A DNA stretch of 64,000 bases from Escherichia phage vB_EcoM-Sa45lw, in sequence record MK977694.1; one strand, written 5' to 3'. Of the stretch, positions 28,631 to 39,519 are shown piece after piece. The notes below the pieces were generated by a model. It had not been told where the DNA came from and did no database searches. It saw only the letters and a list, made by a program, of their open reading frames with translations. The first letter of the stretch is position 1; each line of letters opens with the position of its first letter. The position numbers and the translations under genes were made by a program.

Positions 28631-29194
28631 TTACCATTCCAATGCTAGTTTTTTGAGTTGTTTCTGTTCTTTTACGTTCTTAGTCACTTCTTTCAAAAAA
28701 TCATCCGTGACTAATCCTTTAAGTTCTTTTAATACTAAAGGTAGTTTTCCATTTTTAGTAAGAATTGATTTATAGTTAATTGCATCATTTGTATTAACTT
28801 GATAACGCTTAGCAAGTAACTTAATAATCAATACTTCGGTGGAATCTTCAACTAGTTTTGCCCATTTACCATATCTTTTACCACGAGGAACTGCAGCCAT
28901 TAGATAATTAAAATGGGCTTCATCACTTAAGCCTGATCCAATTAAATTCATAGCATATACAGCTGGCATGCACTCTGGAAATTGTGATAATGCATTTTCA
29001 ACCATGAATTTTGAATAATCTTTTTGAGCAATAGAGCATTTAGTTTTATTATTAATAGCTCCAATTATTTCAAAAAACTCATTTTCAGCTTTTTCTTTAA
29101 AAGAATCAGCAGCGGATTGGACAGCCGTCCAATCTTTTGAATACCAAGCAACTTGATGCTTGTTTAATTGAATATCATCTTCAAATAAGCTCAT
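28631..29194 (-). CDS. 62: clamp loader small subunit gp62
   Basis: 187 aa from ATG at 29194, T4 gp62 length. Confidence 0.85.
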   Translation of the reverse strand: MSLFEDDIQLNKHQVAWYSKDWTAVQSAADSFKEKAENEFFEIIGAINNKTKCSIAQKDYSKFMVENALSQFPECMPAVYAMNLIGSGLSDEAHFNYLMAAVPRGKRYGKWAKLVEDSTEVLIIKLLAKRYQVNTNDAINYKSILTKNGKLPLVLKELKGLVTDDFLKEVTKNVKEQKQLKKLALEW

Positions 29195-29195
29195 A

Positions 29196-30155
29196 TCACT
29201 TCCACTGCATTTCACATGCTAACTGAATGAAAAGATAAGCTAAATGCAATTCAGTATTAGCTGCAATACCATGATACTGATTATTTTCGCCGACAATTTC
29301 GTACATACGAATAATACTCTGTGGAGTTACACGTGAATAGATTTCTTCGGCAAGTTTACCCACGAACCACGAATAATCGGCTGCATATTTTGGTGCTAAA
29401 GCTCTGAGTTGTTTAACATCTTTATTTTTGAGAGACTCAAGAACATCATCAATAGCACCACGATCGTTAGTAACCAGTGATAAAATACCAGCATCCAAAA
29501 CACCCTTAGATGAATAACTATCGAGCTCGCCAATAGTTTTACGAAAATCAGGAAAATTCTTTTTAACCAAAGCTGCTACAACTTTCATATCAGCTATAGC
29601 AATTCCTTCATGCTTGCAGATTTCAGTCAATCGACGAATCATCTGCTTCATCATTTCAATTTTATCTTCATCGGTCGGTTGACCGAATGTAATAACTCGG
29701 CAGCGTGACTGAAGTGGTTTAATAATACCATCAATATTGTTAGCAGTAATAATAATACTACAGTTTGAACTATAAGCTTCCATAAAGGAACGAAGATGTC
29801 GCTGAGACTCTGCTAGCCCTGAACGGTCAAATTCATCAATAACGATTACTTTTTGACGACCATCAAATGAAGCTGCGCTGGCAAAATTAGTCAAAGGACC
29901 GCGAACGAAATCAATTTTACAATCTGACCCATTCACAAACATCATATCAGCATTTACATCATGACACAATGCTTTTGCTACAGTTGTTTTACCTGTTCCT
30001 GGAGAAGGAGAATGAAGAATAATATGTGGAATCTTACCTTTACTTGTAATAGATTTAAAGGTTTCTTTATCAAAGGCGGGAAGAATACATTCATCGATAG
30101 TAGATGGACGATATTTCTGTTCAAGAATGTGTTCTTTTTCATTTACGGTAATCAT
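29196..30155 (-). CDS. 44: clamp loader AAA+ subunit gp44
   Basis: 319 aa from ATG at 30155; Walker A GTGKTT. Confidence 0.92.
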
Positions 30156-30188
30156 AATTTCCTCATTCAAGTTTTAGTGTAAATTATA

Positions 30189-30204
30189 AAGGGCCGAAGC
30201 CCTC
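30189..30204 (-). terminator. C(UUCG)G stem-loop
   Basis: agggc-cgaa-gccct between 45 and 44. Confidence 0.55.
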
Positions 30205-30206
30205 TA

Positions 30207-30893
30207 TTAAAAATCGTGGGTAGAATCAGCTTCAAGAGCTACTACATAATTCGCGTGTTCACCTTCAAATTTAGCAGCACCTTGTTTACCTTTTGCCCAG
30301 AGCAGAAGTTTATAATTTCCTGGTTGCATTTTCATATTTGCCATATTGATAATGAAATTAAATGTATTTTCACCATCATAATCACCAAGAGTCAAAGAAT
30401 ATTTAACACGGGTAAGAGCAGAATCTTCTACTTTATTAAAACCGTTAATTACGATTTTACCTTCTTTTACCGTGATAGCAATTGTATCAATCTGCAGACC
30501 ACGAGATACACGCAACAGTTGTTGAAGGTCTTCAGCTTTAATTTCAGTAACAACAGATGCTACCGGGAATGGAATTGGTTTATTAGGAGCAACTACTGTA
30601 CTCGGATCGGCTGCTGGCCAAAAAATTGTTGAGCGGGCATCAGCAATTTTAATATTTCCATCTTCTGACTGGGAAATTTCTGCATCATCATTAACTAAAG
30701 ACAGAATACCGAGAAAACCGTTCAAATCGTAAATTGCTACATCAAAATCAATAACGTCAGAAATATTTGCTTCCGCATAAGTTGTACCATTAACTGCGCG
30801 AGTCATAATAAATTGACCGGATTTAAGCATAATACCGGAGTTAATAGTAGCGAAATTTTTAAGCAGAGCAGTAGTATCTTTAGACAGTTTCAT
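30207..30893 (-). CDS. 45: sliding clamp gp45
   Basis: 228-aa ORF, T4 gp45 length and position. Confidence 0.9.
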   Translation of the reverse strand: MKLSKDTTALLKNFATINSGIMLKSGQFIMTRAVNGTTYAEANISDVIDFDVAIYDLNGFLGILSLVNDDAEISQSEDGNIKIADARSTIFWPAADPSTVVAPNKPIPFPVASVVTEIKAEDLQQLLRVSRGLQIDTIAITVKEGKIVINGFNKVEDSALTRVKYSLTLGDYDGENTFNFIINMANMKMQPGNYKLLLWAKGKQGAAKFEGEHANYVVALEADSTHDF

Positions 30894-30922
30894 GTAATTT
30901 CCTTCAATTCAAATGAGATTTA

Positions 30923-30949
30923 ATTTTATAACTAATTTAATAAAGCAAT
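30923..30949 (-). promoter_or_regulatory. middle promoter upstream of gene 45 (MotA box, 12 bp, TAAAAT)
   Basis: Minus strand TTGCTTTAT, 12 bp, TAAAAT about 30 nt upstream of ATG. Confidence 0.6.
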
Positions 30950-31338
30950 TAACGATTAAAATCAGCCGCAATTGTTTCCGCAACAATTTGAGCAGCAATA
31001 ATTAGACGTTCATCTGCATTACCGCAATATTCATCTTCTAAACGTTCACCGCATGAAGTCATAATAAATTTAGCACCGGCGTTTAGGGATTCTGCAGTAT
31101 GTTTGCGCATTAGTTCAATCCATTTATTACTTACTTCACGATCGATAGCTTCATAATACGCATGACGAGCAGGTGCAGATTTAATTTTGTTCTGAATAAC
31201 TTCCATTGCGTTATCAGAAAGAGACAAAACCCATGCGCGACGAATTTTATTTTGGTTTTGTGGATTTGATTCAGAACGCACGTGTTTTGGCTGAATATCT
31301 TTTACATCAACAGTATAATTCACAGTAATTTTAGTCAT
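30949..31338 (-). CDS. rpbA: RNA polymerase-binding protein RpbA
   Basis: 129-aa ORF, T4 RpbA length and position. Confidence 0.75.
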   Translation of the reverse strand: MTKITVNYTVDVKDIQPKHVRSESNPQNQNKIRRAWVLSLSDNAMEVIQNKIKSAPARHAYYEAIDREVSNKWIELMRKHTAESLNAGAKFIMTSCGERLEDEYCGNADERLIIAAQIVAETIAADFNR

Positions 31339-31347
31339 AATACACCT

Positions 31348-31536
31348 TTAGTCATAATAATCAGTAACAGTCCAAGCTTCATTTCTATTGGACATTATTT
31401 TTGTATATTCTGCTTTAAATGCATTCCTAAGCATAGATTCAGTAACTATATGCTCTTCATTAGAAAAATTATTTCTCAGAATATATCGTTTTATTTCAGG
31501 AATAGTTAATAGATGTTGTCCAGTTGAATATTCCAT
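31348..31536 (-). CDS. hypothetical protein
   Basis: 62-aa ORF. Confidence 0.5.
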   Translation of the reverse strand: MEYSTGQHLLTIPEIKRYILRNNFSNEEHIVTESMLRNAFKAEYTKIMSNRNEAWTVTDYYD

Positions 31537-31591
31537 GTTTTTCCTCCACAGAGATTATACTCTAATAAATTAAAGCATAATCTCTTATAAA

Positions 31592-33274
31592 TTAAACCAT
31601 TACAGTAAATCGACCAACTTTCTTCATTTGAAGATGCTGACCGTATGCTTGCGGGTCATGGTCTCTATGTGAAATAACAAAAACATTAGTATTTTTTAAA
31701 CTATCTAAAATAGTTGAAATAGCTTTTACACCTTCAACGTCGGTCGCTGAATCAAAAACTTCATCAAGAATTAGTGTGTTTATTTTAACACCTGAAACTT
31801 TTTCAGCAATATCACGCCAAGTAAATAAAAGAGCAATATCAATTCGTGCTTTTTCACCTTGACTGAATGAAGCATAACTAAAATCTTCACGACCACGGGA
31901 TTTAATTGTCTCATTAAATTCTTCATCTAATGTAAACACATAATCCGCTTCCATTATTTTAAGATAATGGTTAATCTGCTTATTAAATAATGGAATGTAC
32001 TTTTTAATAATAGCACCTTTAATACCAGAATCTTTGAGCATATCAGTCAAAATTCCTCGGTGGTATTTTTCCATTACTAAATTAGTTTTTGTCTTAACAA
32101 TTTTATCAAGTTCTTCTTGAAGCAGTGCTATTTCATCAGCATGGTCAATAAACTCAGAAGATGCTTTTTCTATAGCTGCTTTAACTTTTTTAGCTTTATC
32201 TACCGTCGTGATTAGAGATTGCTTTTTATTGCGAATATCATTTGCCAACGACTGCTGGGTTTTAATATTATCTCGGTATTCATCAACAAGAACTTTTAAA
32301 TTATCACGGTGTGTTGAAAGCTGTTCAAATGAATGCGTACATTCAGAAACTTTATCTTTAATTTTAGAAACAACTTTATCACCGGAACTTAATTGTGACA
32401 AACAGGTTGGACATAATCCACCTTCGTGATACATATTAATGACTTTATTATACGAGTCAATTTTTGATTTAATTAAAAATGCTTCTTGACCGATTTTATT
32501 AAATGCATCAGTCGGGTCTTCATCCAAAACAATATTAACTAATCTTTCATTAGCTTCTTCTATTTCCGATTTTAGCGTTCTAGCTTCTTTTGCCAAATCA
32601 TCATACATATTTTGAAGACGAGTAAGGTTGTCACCCGTTAATTTTTTCTGACGTTCAACATTATCATTATATATTTTAATTTGTTGGATAATACTATCTT
32701 TTTTAACATCAAGCACTTGGTTTTGTGAATTTAATTCACGTATTAGTGCTTTATTAAGCTTATCCATTTCAGCTAATGTTCCTACCTCAAGCAGGTCTTC
32801 CACAAGCTTTCTTCGTGCAGGGGTCGACAAACCCATGAAAGGGGTATACCCTGCTGTACCAAGGACAACAATCTGCTTGAAACTGGCATATGACATTCCG
32901 ATAAGCTGTTCAAATTCTGCTTGGAAATCTTTACTGCTGGCAGATTCATTAAGACGTGTACCGTTAACGGTGATTTCGAAAACGTTTGGTTTTTGTCCTC
33001 TTTTGATATAGTACTTTTTCTCATCATATTCCATCCACAGTTCAACTAAAAGTTCTTTCTTATTTGTGCTGTTTATTAATTGACCTTTCTTTACATCACG
33101 AAATGGCTTACCAAAAAGCCCAAATGTGATGGCTTCTAGCATAGTAGACTTACCACCGCCATTTCGTCCAGTAATAAGAGTTTTTTGAACCTTATCTAAT
33201 TGAATGTCAATAGGATTTCCACCTACTGACATTATATTTTGATACCTAACTCGGTTTAGTTTAAAATTCTTCAC
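31592..33274 (-). CDS. 46: recombination nuclease subunit gp46 (Rad50/SbcC-like)
   Basis: 560-aa ORF; Walker A GRNGGGKST; coiled-coil; CPTC zinc hook. Confidence 0.92.
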   Translation of the reverse strand: MKNFKLNRVRYQNIMSVGGNPIDIQLDKVQKTLITGRNGGGKSTMLEAITFGLFGKPFRDVKKGQLINSTNKKELLVELWMEYDEKKYYIKRGQKPNVFEITVNGTRLNESASSKDFQAEFEQLIGMSYASFKQIVVLGTAGYTPFMGLSTPARRKLVEDLLEVGTLAEMDKLNKALIRELNSQNQVLDVKKDSIIQQIKIYNDNVERQKKLTGDNLTRLQNMYDDLAKEARTLKSEIEEANERLVNIVLDEDPTDAFNKIGQEAFLIKSKIDSYNKVINMYHEGGLCPTCLSQLSSGDKVVSKIKDKVSECTHSFEQLSTHRDNLKVLVDEYRDNIKTQQSLANDIRNKKQSLITTVDKAKKVKAAIEKASSEFIDHADEIALLQEELDKIVKTKTNLVMEKYHRGILTDMLKDSGIKGAIIKKYIPLFNKQINHYLKIMEADYVFTLDEEFNETIKSRGREDFSYASFSQGEKARIDIALLFTWRDIAEKVSGVKINTLILDEVFDSATDVEGVKAISTILDSLKNTNVFVISHRDHDPQAYGQHLQMKKVGRFTVMV

Positions 33275-33477
33275 AAAAGATTCCTTTTAATGTATCTTTT
33301 AGACCATTCTATCATATCATCATAATCTAAAAAGTATTCATCAAATTCAGCCATGCAAACAACACCTTGTGCTGTTTTTGATGTAATATAAATTATTCCA
33401 ACATATCTAGAATCTTCTTCGGTATAATCAATATTTGCTATGAATTCATCATTAATGTCAAATGTCGAAAACTTCAC
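33271..33477 (-). CDS. hypothetical protein (46.x)
   Basis: GTG at 33477 with AAGGA RBS; upstream track extension overlaps neighbour. Confidence 0.4.
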   Translation of the reverse strand: MKFSTFDINDEFIANIDYTEEDSRYVGIIYITSKTAQGVVCMAEFDEYFLDYDDMIEWSKRYIKRNLL

Positions 33478-33721
33478 AATATGCATCCTTAATACAAGAT
33501 ACAGCCATATCTTGTAATGATTTAGGTGTGTCATTATCTAAAATGTTGAAGTTAAAAGATACAGCCCAGTCAGTGCAGACCGTAACCTTTTTAATACAAT
33601 TATCTTCAACCTCTAGCGGTTCAAACCAATATTCAATAATTTCTTTATGACCAATATCATCTTTTACTTCGCATTCAAAATGCTGACTCATCATAACATT
33701 TTTAAATTCATCAAAAGTCAT
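33458..33721 (-). CDS. hypothetical protein (46.x)
   Basis: 87-aa ORF overlapping gp47 stop. Confidence 0.5.
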   Translation of the reverse strand: MTFDEFKNVMMSQHFECEVKDDIGHKEIIEYWFEPLEVEDNCIKKVTVCTDWAVSFNFNILDNDTPKSLQDMAVSCIKDAYCEVFDI

Positions 33722-34737
33722 TGTGTTGCCTCTACATATAACTGATTTGCATATTGAATAAGTGCTTCGCGATCAGAATCAGTGATGTCTGGAATTGCAT
33801 TAATGTATTCTTCCATCAACGTCTGAAGAGATTGAACTTCAACTTCTTCACTGTCATCTGACTCGACAGAGTTATCAATCTTTGACACAACTCGTAATGA
33901 ATGCACAACTTTTTCTAGTTCAGATTCGAACTTCGTTAGATTTTTGTCTACTTCAGTTACTATAACACGTACTGATAGATTTGTAAAATCTTTATAGTCA
34001 ATTTTTCCTTTAAATGGATAATGAATTCTACGATGCCAGGTAGTATTGTTTGGAATAAATTCCATTCGTTCTGTTTCTGTATCAAACATCCAGAACCCAC
34101 GAGGGTCATTCTCGTCACCTGCAGTTAGTGTCCATGGTGTCCCAATATATCTAACGTTAGCAGCCTCAGAGATAGTATGGAAGTGACCAGACCACACTTC
34201 TTTATAAGTCTTAAGGAAATCAGGTTCAAGACCATGAGATTTCATTCCTTTATAAAAATAAAATCCATTCAGTTCCCAGTGACCAACACAAAAAGAAGCA
34301 GATGAAGTTTTGATGTGTTCAAGAATTTCACCAGTATTTTCTTCACACATCCAAGGAATTAAATCAATTAAACATCCGTCAAAATCTACTGTAGTAGGCT
34401 TATCATATACTTTAACATTAGGATATTTAGCCAAAAGCTCAGTAGAAGCATTTGGATGCATTACATTTTTGTAGTGAAGATCGTGATTTCCTACAATAGT
34501 ATGTAGGGTAATACCAGCATCATCAAGCATTTGAACTATTTCACGAGCAAACTCCATAGTTTTATGCGTGATCGCTTTTCGCACATCAAAAATATCACCG
34601 TATTGAATCCATACCGTAATTCCATTTTTCTTAGAATATTCTATCGCTTGCTTAATTCCATCAATTTGAATACCGCGAATCCACTCATCATCAGCTTTAA
34701 CGCCTAAATGCCAATCACCTAAATTTAAAATTTTCAT
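33718..34737 (-). CDS. 47: recombination nuclease subunit gp47 (Mre11/SbcD-like)
   Basis: 339-aa ORF; calcineurin-like phosphoesterase motifs. Confidence 0.92.
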   Translation of the reverse strand: MKILNLGDWHLGVKADDEWIRGIQIDGIKQAIEYSKKNGITVWIQYGDIFDVRKAITHKTMEFAREIVQMLDDAGITLHTIVGNHDLHYKNVMHPNASTELLAKYPNVKVYDKPTTVDFDGCLIDLIPWMCEENTGEILEHIKTSSASFCVGHWELNGFYFYKGMKSHGLEPDFLKTYKEVWSGHFHTISEAANVRYIGTPWTLTAGDENDPRGFWMFDTETERMEFIPNNTTWHRRIHYPFKGKIDYKDFTNLSVRVIVTEVDKNLTKFESELEKVVHSLRVVSKIDNSVESDDSEEVEVQSLQTLMEEYINAIPDITDSDREALIQYANQLYVEATQ

Positions 34738-34874
34738 ATATCAAGAACCGTCATTGAAATGCAAAATAAAATTATTGAAATAAACCCATCTGGTGTGCTA
34801 AAGAACCCAATCCAACATGCTCTAGTGAATAGATAAAATGCGAGAAAAAGTATCACATATCCAAGAAATATCAT
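34734..34874 (-). CDS. small membrane protein (47.1-position)
   Basis: 46-aa hydrophobic ORF; ATGA overlap with gene 47. Confidence 0.45.
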   Translation of the reverse strand: MIFLGYVILFLAFYLFTRACWIGFFSTPDGFISIILFCISMTVLDI

Positions 34875-34897
34875 TATATCAAACTCTGTATAAAGCT

Positions 34898-34915
34898 AAA
34901 GGGCCGAAGCCCTTT
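34898..34915 (-). terminator. C(UUCG)G stem-loop at 3' end of alpha-gt
   Basis: aaagggc-cgaa-gcccttt overlapping alpha-gt stop, T-rich flanks. Confidence 0.6.
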
Positions 34916-36116
34916 ATTTTGTAATAATGTCAAACTGTTCTTTAAAGCAGAAGCTTGAATCTTGATGCTGATACAAAAATTCATAAGCTTTTTCGCGTTC
35001 GCGGTCATAAAGAATTCGGTCAGATGACAGTTCTTTAATACGTTCAAATGTTGATTCCATGTCATTTTCATCAAACCAAATGATACCGCTATCATGCGAG
35101 GTCAAAGGAGTATTATCAACACGGAATTTTAAATTTTCGCCAGTAGATTTCCAAAATACCGGAATTGTTCCACATGCACCAAGCTCGAGATGAGTATATT
35201 CTAAAGAACGTTGTAGATATTTTTTATCCAACTTACTCAACTGATAACCAAAACCGGATTTACTCATACGTTCAAGCATTTCGCTATTTACATAACGGTC
35301 AAGAATTTGCGTTGGCAAATTAGGAGCAATTTTAATTTGGTCTACTTGATGAAGACGATAATACTCGTATGGAATTCCTTTTTCTTTAATAGGAATGAAC
35401 GCTGGAGAACGTTCCAGACCTTCCATAATAGTACTTAGTCCTGCAGGTTTAAGATGTTTTTCATGAAAATCAAACATCTGATAAAAACCTTTCCATGTAG
35501 TCGTACGACCAATCCAACGGTTAACATTCATGTTAATTTCAGAAACATCTTTCCAGTAGGTTGATCGAACCTTCGCAATATCCATAGGAGGCTGAAAGTT
35601 ATATACTGTCGGTGCTTCTTCAATATCATCAAACAGAGAAACAGTTTCTGGATACCATTCTTTCATCAGAACTTTATTAAAATCACCATTATCAGAATGG
35701 CTAAAAATAACATCAGCTCGACGAACAGTTTCTTCTAATCCCAAATTTCGGCGCAAAGAAAGAGAAGAATGGTCATGTTGATAAACTACAACACGAACAG
35801 AAGGTTTAATGTTATCAATAATTTTTTTATAGTTATTAATAGTGTCTTCTTCAACCGAAGTAGCAGGAACTGAATTGATAATTAGAATATCACAATCATT
35901 TACCAGCTTAAGTGTTTTATCGTATTCTTTTGCCAATAAAACCGGAATTGAAAATGATTTATAATCATGTGCGCAATTACGAGTAAATGATTTATCTTTA
36001 GCATAAACCAAAGTCACTTCATGACCATTTTTAATAAACCAATCACGTTGCTCGAGTGAGAATTTAGTTACACCACAGCCTTCAAGACCTCGAGCCATAA
36101 AAATACATACTTTCAT
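34914..36116 (-). CDS. a-gt: DNA alpha-glucosyltransferase
   Basis: 400-aa ORF; N-terminus CIFMARGLEGCGVTKFSLEQRDWF matches T4 alpha-gt. Confidence 0.92.
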   Translation of the reverse strand: MKVCIFMARGLEGCGVTKFSLEQRDWFIKNGHEVTLVYAKDKSFTRNCAHDYKSFSIPVLLAKEYDKTLKLVNDCDILIINSVPATSVEEDTINNYKKIIDNIKPSVRVVVYQHDHSSLSLRRNLGLEETVRRADVIFSHSDNGDFNKVLMKEWYPETVSLFDDIEEAPTVYNFQPPMDIAKVRSTYWKDVSEINMNVNRWIGRTTTWKGFYQMFDFHEKHLKPAGLSTIMEGLERSPAFIPIKEKGIPYEYYRLHQVDQIKIAPNLPTQILDRYVNSEMLERMSKSGFGYQLSKLDKKYLQRSLEYTHLELGACGTIPVFWKSTGENLKFRVDNTPLTSHDSGIIWFDENDMESTFERIKELSSDRILYDREREKAYEFLYQHQDSSFCFKEQFDIITK

Positions 36117-36166
36117 TTAATATCCTCTTTGTTTTGGTTTATTTTACCAAAAATTTATAAAGCAAT

Positions 36167-36186
36167 ATAGGAGCCGAAGCTCCTAT
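36167..36186 (-). terminator. C(UUCG)G stem-loop
   Basis: ataggagc-cgaa-gctcctat. Confidence 0.55.
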
Positions 36187-36356
36187 CCGCATAATACACC
36201 GTATAGAGGCTCATTAGAGCTTCTAAATTTTATACGCTTATATGTTATAGTTCCTTCTGCTTTAGCTTTATCATGAGACTCTTTAAAGCGTCTCATCATT
36301 TCCTCTTTAGAGGAACGAACTTTATTATAATCTATTTCAGAAGTCTGGGTGTTCAT
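36183..36356 (-). CDS. small hypothetical protein
   Basis: 57-aa ORF in the gap upstream of alpha-gt. Confidence 0.4.
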   Translation of the reverse strand: MNTQTSEIDYNKVRSSKEEMMRRFKESHDKAKAEGTITYKRIKFRSSNEPLYGVLCG

Positions 36357-36359
36357 CTT

Positions 36360-36566
36360 TCATAACTGCCACCATTTTTTGACTTGATAAGAATCAACCC
36401 ACACTTTCATATTAGGGTCTGCTCTTACAATAGGAGGATTAACTTCTTTAATTGAACTATCATGGTATTCTTTTTCAGAAATTTTCACACAAAGATGACC
36501 ATTCAAAGATTCAGTAAATCCTGCATTAATTTTAAGACGCTTGAATTTTACATGTGTAAGCATCAA
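36360..36566 (-). CDS. hypothetical protein
   Basis: 68-aa ORF. Confidence 0.5.
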   Translation of the reverse strand: MMLTHVKFKRLKINAGFTESLNGHLCVKISEKEYHDSSIKEVNPPIVRADPNMKVWVDSYQVKKWWQL

Positions 36567-36849
36567 TCATATCCTCAATCTGCGATCTAGTAGTCTTCCA
36601 AAGAATACTGATAAGTTCATCGTTATATGGCTGTTTTAGAATATCCCGACTTTTCTTGATAGCATATTCGTATTGAGCAAAATTATTGTTTTCAGCTGCG
36701 ATCTGAGCGTGCTTATAAAGACGATTCAGTTCGCGTTTGTTTTTAGACAATAACTTATTTGCTTTTCTTTCTGCTTCAAGACGGTTCTTTTCTTCAATAG
36801 AAGAAATAAGCTTTTCCACTTCATCATTAATTTCGGGTTTGTCAGTCAT
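36532..36849 (-). CDS. hypothetical protein
   Basis: 105-aa ORF, coiled-coil character. Confidence 0.5.
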   Translation of the reverse strand: MTDKPEINDEVEKLISSIEEKNRLEAERKANKLLSKNKRELNRLYKHAQIAAENNNFAQYEYAIKKSRDILKQPYNDELISILWKTTRSQIEDMIDAYTCKIQAS

Positions 36850-36850
36850 A

Positions 36851-37069
36851 TTATTTCTCTAATATAAAATAAAAATCATCATCTGTTAAATGATACCGAT
36901 AGTTTAATTCTACACCATTAGATTTAAAAGCGGTATCATACGGATTTTCTGGATCAATATCAATGTCAAGAGCTAAAACTTCCCTGAGATACATTTTAAG
37001 TAAATAGGGAATAGCTTCAACTTCAGGTATTTCTTCCAAGAATCCGGAGAGGTTAATCGTTAGCCTCAT
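36851..37069 (-). CDS. hypothetical protein
   Basis: 72-aa ORF. Confidence 0.5.
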
Positions 37070-37610
37070 ATAAAAAATCCAAACTAGGAGAATCGTCTAC
37101 AACACTTTTCTTTTCAGCCCCCGGTGTTCTATAGGTTGATTCTTCGTAATGCGTCATTTTATCGTAGATGTCTTGAATAAAAGTTTCATCTACTAACGCA
37201 ACCATATCGTCGTCACGGCTGTCATAGACATTGTGAACGAAGTAACTATATTTCTTTGCAACTTCCTTACGTTCTTTTTTAATACGTTGGACGAATGCAT
37301 TAAAACAAGCTTGAGTTATATATGCATGTGGGTTTTTATATTTCGTTTCATCAAAATTATGAAGCCCCTTAATAGAAGCTTCTATACCATCTGCAATCAT
37401 TTCTTGTTTCCAAGACTGGGTGTATCCTGAAAAGTTGAAACGTTTAGATAAGCCTTCTGCAATAAGCATAATGGCTAATCCGATAGTATCATTCTGACGA
37501 ACTACTTTATTTGGGTCTTTATTATTTGCTAATTCTGTTTTCCAATCAATAATAGCTTGTAAAAGCTCTTTATTGTTTACGTAATTATATTTAGGCTTAG
37601 TTTCTGACAT
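37053..37610 (-). CDS. 55: late sigma factor gp55
   Basis: 185 aa from ATG at 37610, T4 gp55 length; sigma region-2-like. Confidence 0.9.
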
Positions 37611-37688
37611 TTTCACCTCTTAGCTCAATTCATAGATCTATTATATCATAATATTTGAAGATCTATCTTAAAGCATAGAGGATATCAG

Positions 37689-37958
37689 TTATCTAAGTAA
37701 ACAGTATGCTTGGAACACTTTCTCCATCATCTTTTTAAATTCATGAATATCTATGTAATGACTAGTTAAATCAGCATGATATAAAAAGTCTAAAAACTTT
37801 TCATGTGTGCTAACATATTCACTTTCATTTAATTCAGAAACATGACTTTCCCAATATCCAACACCAGTCTTATTTGGGAAAAATGAAATTTTCATGTATT
37901 GGTCAACATAGAAAATGCCATAATTTTCAATAGTAATAGAAATATTAATAAATTTCAT
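37689..37958 (-). CDS. hypothetical protein (55.x)
   Basis: 89-aa ORF. Confidence 0.5.
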   Translation of the reverse strand: MKFINISITIENYGIFYVDQYMKISFFPNKTGVGYWESHVSELNESEYVSTHEKFLDFLYHADLTSHYIDIHEFKKMMEKVFQAYCLLR

Positions 37959-38170
37959 ACATTCATCAGCTTAGCCGCTCCAAGAGCTGCATCTAGTGAA
38001 TCAAATTGGTCAACGTATTCAATCAATTCGCCGTAATTAGCGTATAACCACCATTGGCTAAATTCATACTCAAGGATGAATCCATTTCCTTCAATTTGAG
38101 TTAAACCATTGCCGTTTGTATTTACTTCATATCCGGCAAGACGCAAATCGTTAATAATAGCTTCGTTCAT
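37955..38170 (-). CDS. hypothetical protein (55.x)
   Basis: 71-aa ORF. Confidence 0.5.
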   Translation of the reverse strand: MNEAIINDLRLAGYEVNTNGNGLTQIEGNGFILEYEFSQWWLYANYGELIEYVDQFDSLDAALGAAKLMNV

Positions 38171-38172
38171 AA

Positions 38173-38499
38173 TTATACCTTAGTAATTTTCAGGTCTGCA
38201 AATTTTTTCTTGCGTTGATTTTTCATGCGACGAATAGTTTTATCGGAAATTTCATGCTTTTGATAAGCTTTAGATTCTACACCAAAAGCTTTAACATCAA
38301 ATTCTGACAAGATATATTGAACCAACAATTCACGGACAGTATTGCGTCCAATTTTCTGATCATTCTGTTTCATCGTCTGATGAAGTTCTTTTTCCCATTT
38401 ATCCAAAATTTGAGGAGTTACAATATCGCCTTTTTCTAGCAAAGAAACTACTTTATCATATGCGTAAGAATTGATGGCGTTTTTAATTTGAATAGTCAT
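38173..38499 (-). CDS. hypothetical protein (55.x)
   Basis: 108-aa ORF. Confidence 0.5.
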   Translation of the reverse strand: MTIQIKNAINSYAYDKVVSLLEKGDIVTPQILDKWEKELHQTMKQNDQKIGRNTVRELLVQYILSEFDVKAFGVESKAYQKHEISDKTIRRMKNQRKKKFADLKITKV

Positions 38500-38538
38500 A
38501 CATTATCCTCAATTGCGTTAAAATTTTATTATCCAAAA

Positions 38539-38554
38539 AAGGGCCGAAGCCCTT
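38539..38554 (-). terminator. C(UUCG)G stem-loop
   Basis: aagggc-cgaa-gccctt overlapping stop of upstream ORF. Confidence 0.6.
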
Positions 38555-38753
38555 AGCTAAACTTTTTGGCACCCTTCCAGCCTTCATACATCATTGCGGC
38601 TGATATTAATATTGCTCCTGAGCAACTTGAATATTTGTGATTCCAAAACCAGTTTAGAAAAACTTCATCATCAATACCTTGGGCTATCATATTTTCAAAG
38701 AACTGACGACGAGATTCGGCAATTCGTTGTGATAATTTAGATTCAGGATTCAT
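38553..38753 (-). CDS. hypothetical protein
   Basis: 66-aa ORF. Confidence 0.5.
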   Translation of the reverse strand: MNPESKLSQRIAESRRQFFENMIAQGIDDEVFLNWFWNHKYSSCSGAILISAAMMYEGWKGAKKFS

Positions 38754-38969
38754 TTAAATTTTCCAGTTACCGTTTTCATCAATAAATTTAATCCAGTCAT
38801 TTACTGACCACTTAGTTGTATCACCTTTTGGAGTAACATTTAAAGTGTATAACCCCTGCTTAAAAAGCATTCGTTTGATATTCATAATTTCCTCAGCTGT
38901 AACGATAACACTCGTTTGATTTACGTTTAGCAACTCGTTGAGAAGTATTATAATCAAAATCATCGTCAA
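38754..38969 (-). CDS. hypothetical protein
   Basis: 71-aa ORF; true start may be internal. Confidence 0.4.
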   Translation of the reverse strand: MTMILIIILLNELLNVNQTSVIVTAEEIMNIKRMLFKQGLYTLNVTPKGDTTKWSVNDWIKFIDENGNWKI

Positions 38970-39186
38970 TGTAAACTGATTTTTTCAACTTTCTTACTTC
39001 ACCACGTAATTGGCGATTTAGCTCATCTTTAACTTCTGAATCAATACCTTTCATTCTACGCCATTTATCTGAGCGAAAAATGTTTTCAACCATATCTTTA
39101 TGACTTACCCCATCAGGAGCTTTACGCTTTCCGAAATAGTCATAATCACGCACTTTTAAGTCTTTACGACGATACGTTTTACCCAT
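38893..39186 (-). CDS. hypothetical basic protein
   Basis: ATG at 39186 avoids overlap with upstream ORF. Confidence 0.45.
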   Translation of the reverse strand: MGKTYRRKDLKVRDYDYFGKRKAPDGVSHKDMVENIFRSDKWRRMKGIDSEVKDELNRQLRGEVRKLKKSVYIDDDFDYNTSQRVAKRKSNECYRYS

Positions 39187-39361
39187 GGAGTTTAATTTCC
39201 TTAGCAACTGAACTAAATGCAGCACGATCGCAAATCATGCGTTTATGTAACTTGAGTATAATATAGCAAACTTCAAAACTATTTACATGAGTAACACGAA
39301 CAGCATTACCATTAATGAGATAATACTGTCCCTTTTTAATTTCTTTATCAACCACAACCAT
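39179..39361 (-). CDS. hypothetical protein
   Basis: 60-aa ORF. Confidence 0.5.
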   Translation of the reverse strand: MVVVDKEIKKGQYYLINGNAVRVTHVNSFEVCYIILKLHKRMICDRAAFSSVAKEIKLHG

Positions 39362-39391
39362 ATCAAATCCTCAAAGGTAATTCATATGTTA

Positions 39392-39422
39392 ATAATACCA
39401 CGGTTTGAACTTGTTGTAAACA
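39392..39422 (-). promoter_or_regulatory. T4-type early promoter
   Basis: GTTTAC with TATTAT about 18 bp downstream. Confidence 0.5.
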
Positions 39423-39500
39423 ACTTTGTGAAAAATATTTCAGGGAATGATAAGAAAGGAACGATAGCTTAGAATGGTAATATACAGAATGTAAGAAAGA

Positions 39501-39516
39501 AAGGCCCAGAGGGCCC
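39501..39516 (-). terminator. GC-rich stem-loop after nrdH-like gene
   Basis: ggccc-agag-gggcc. Confidence 0.5.
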
Positions 39517-39519
39517 ATC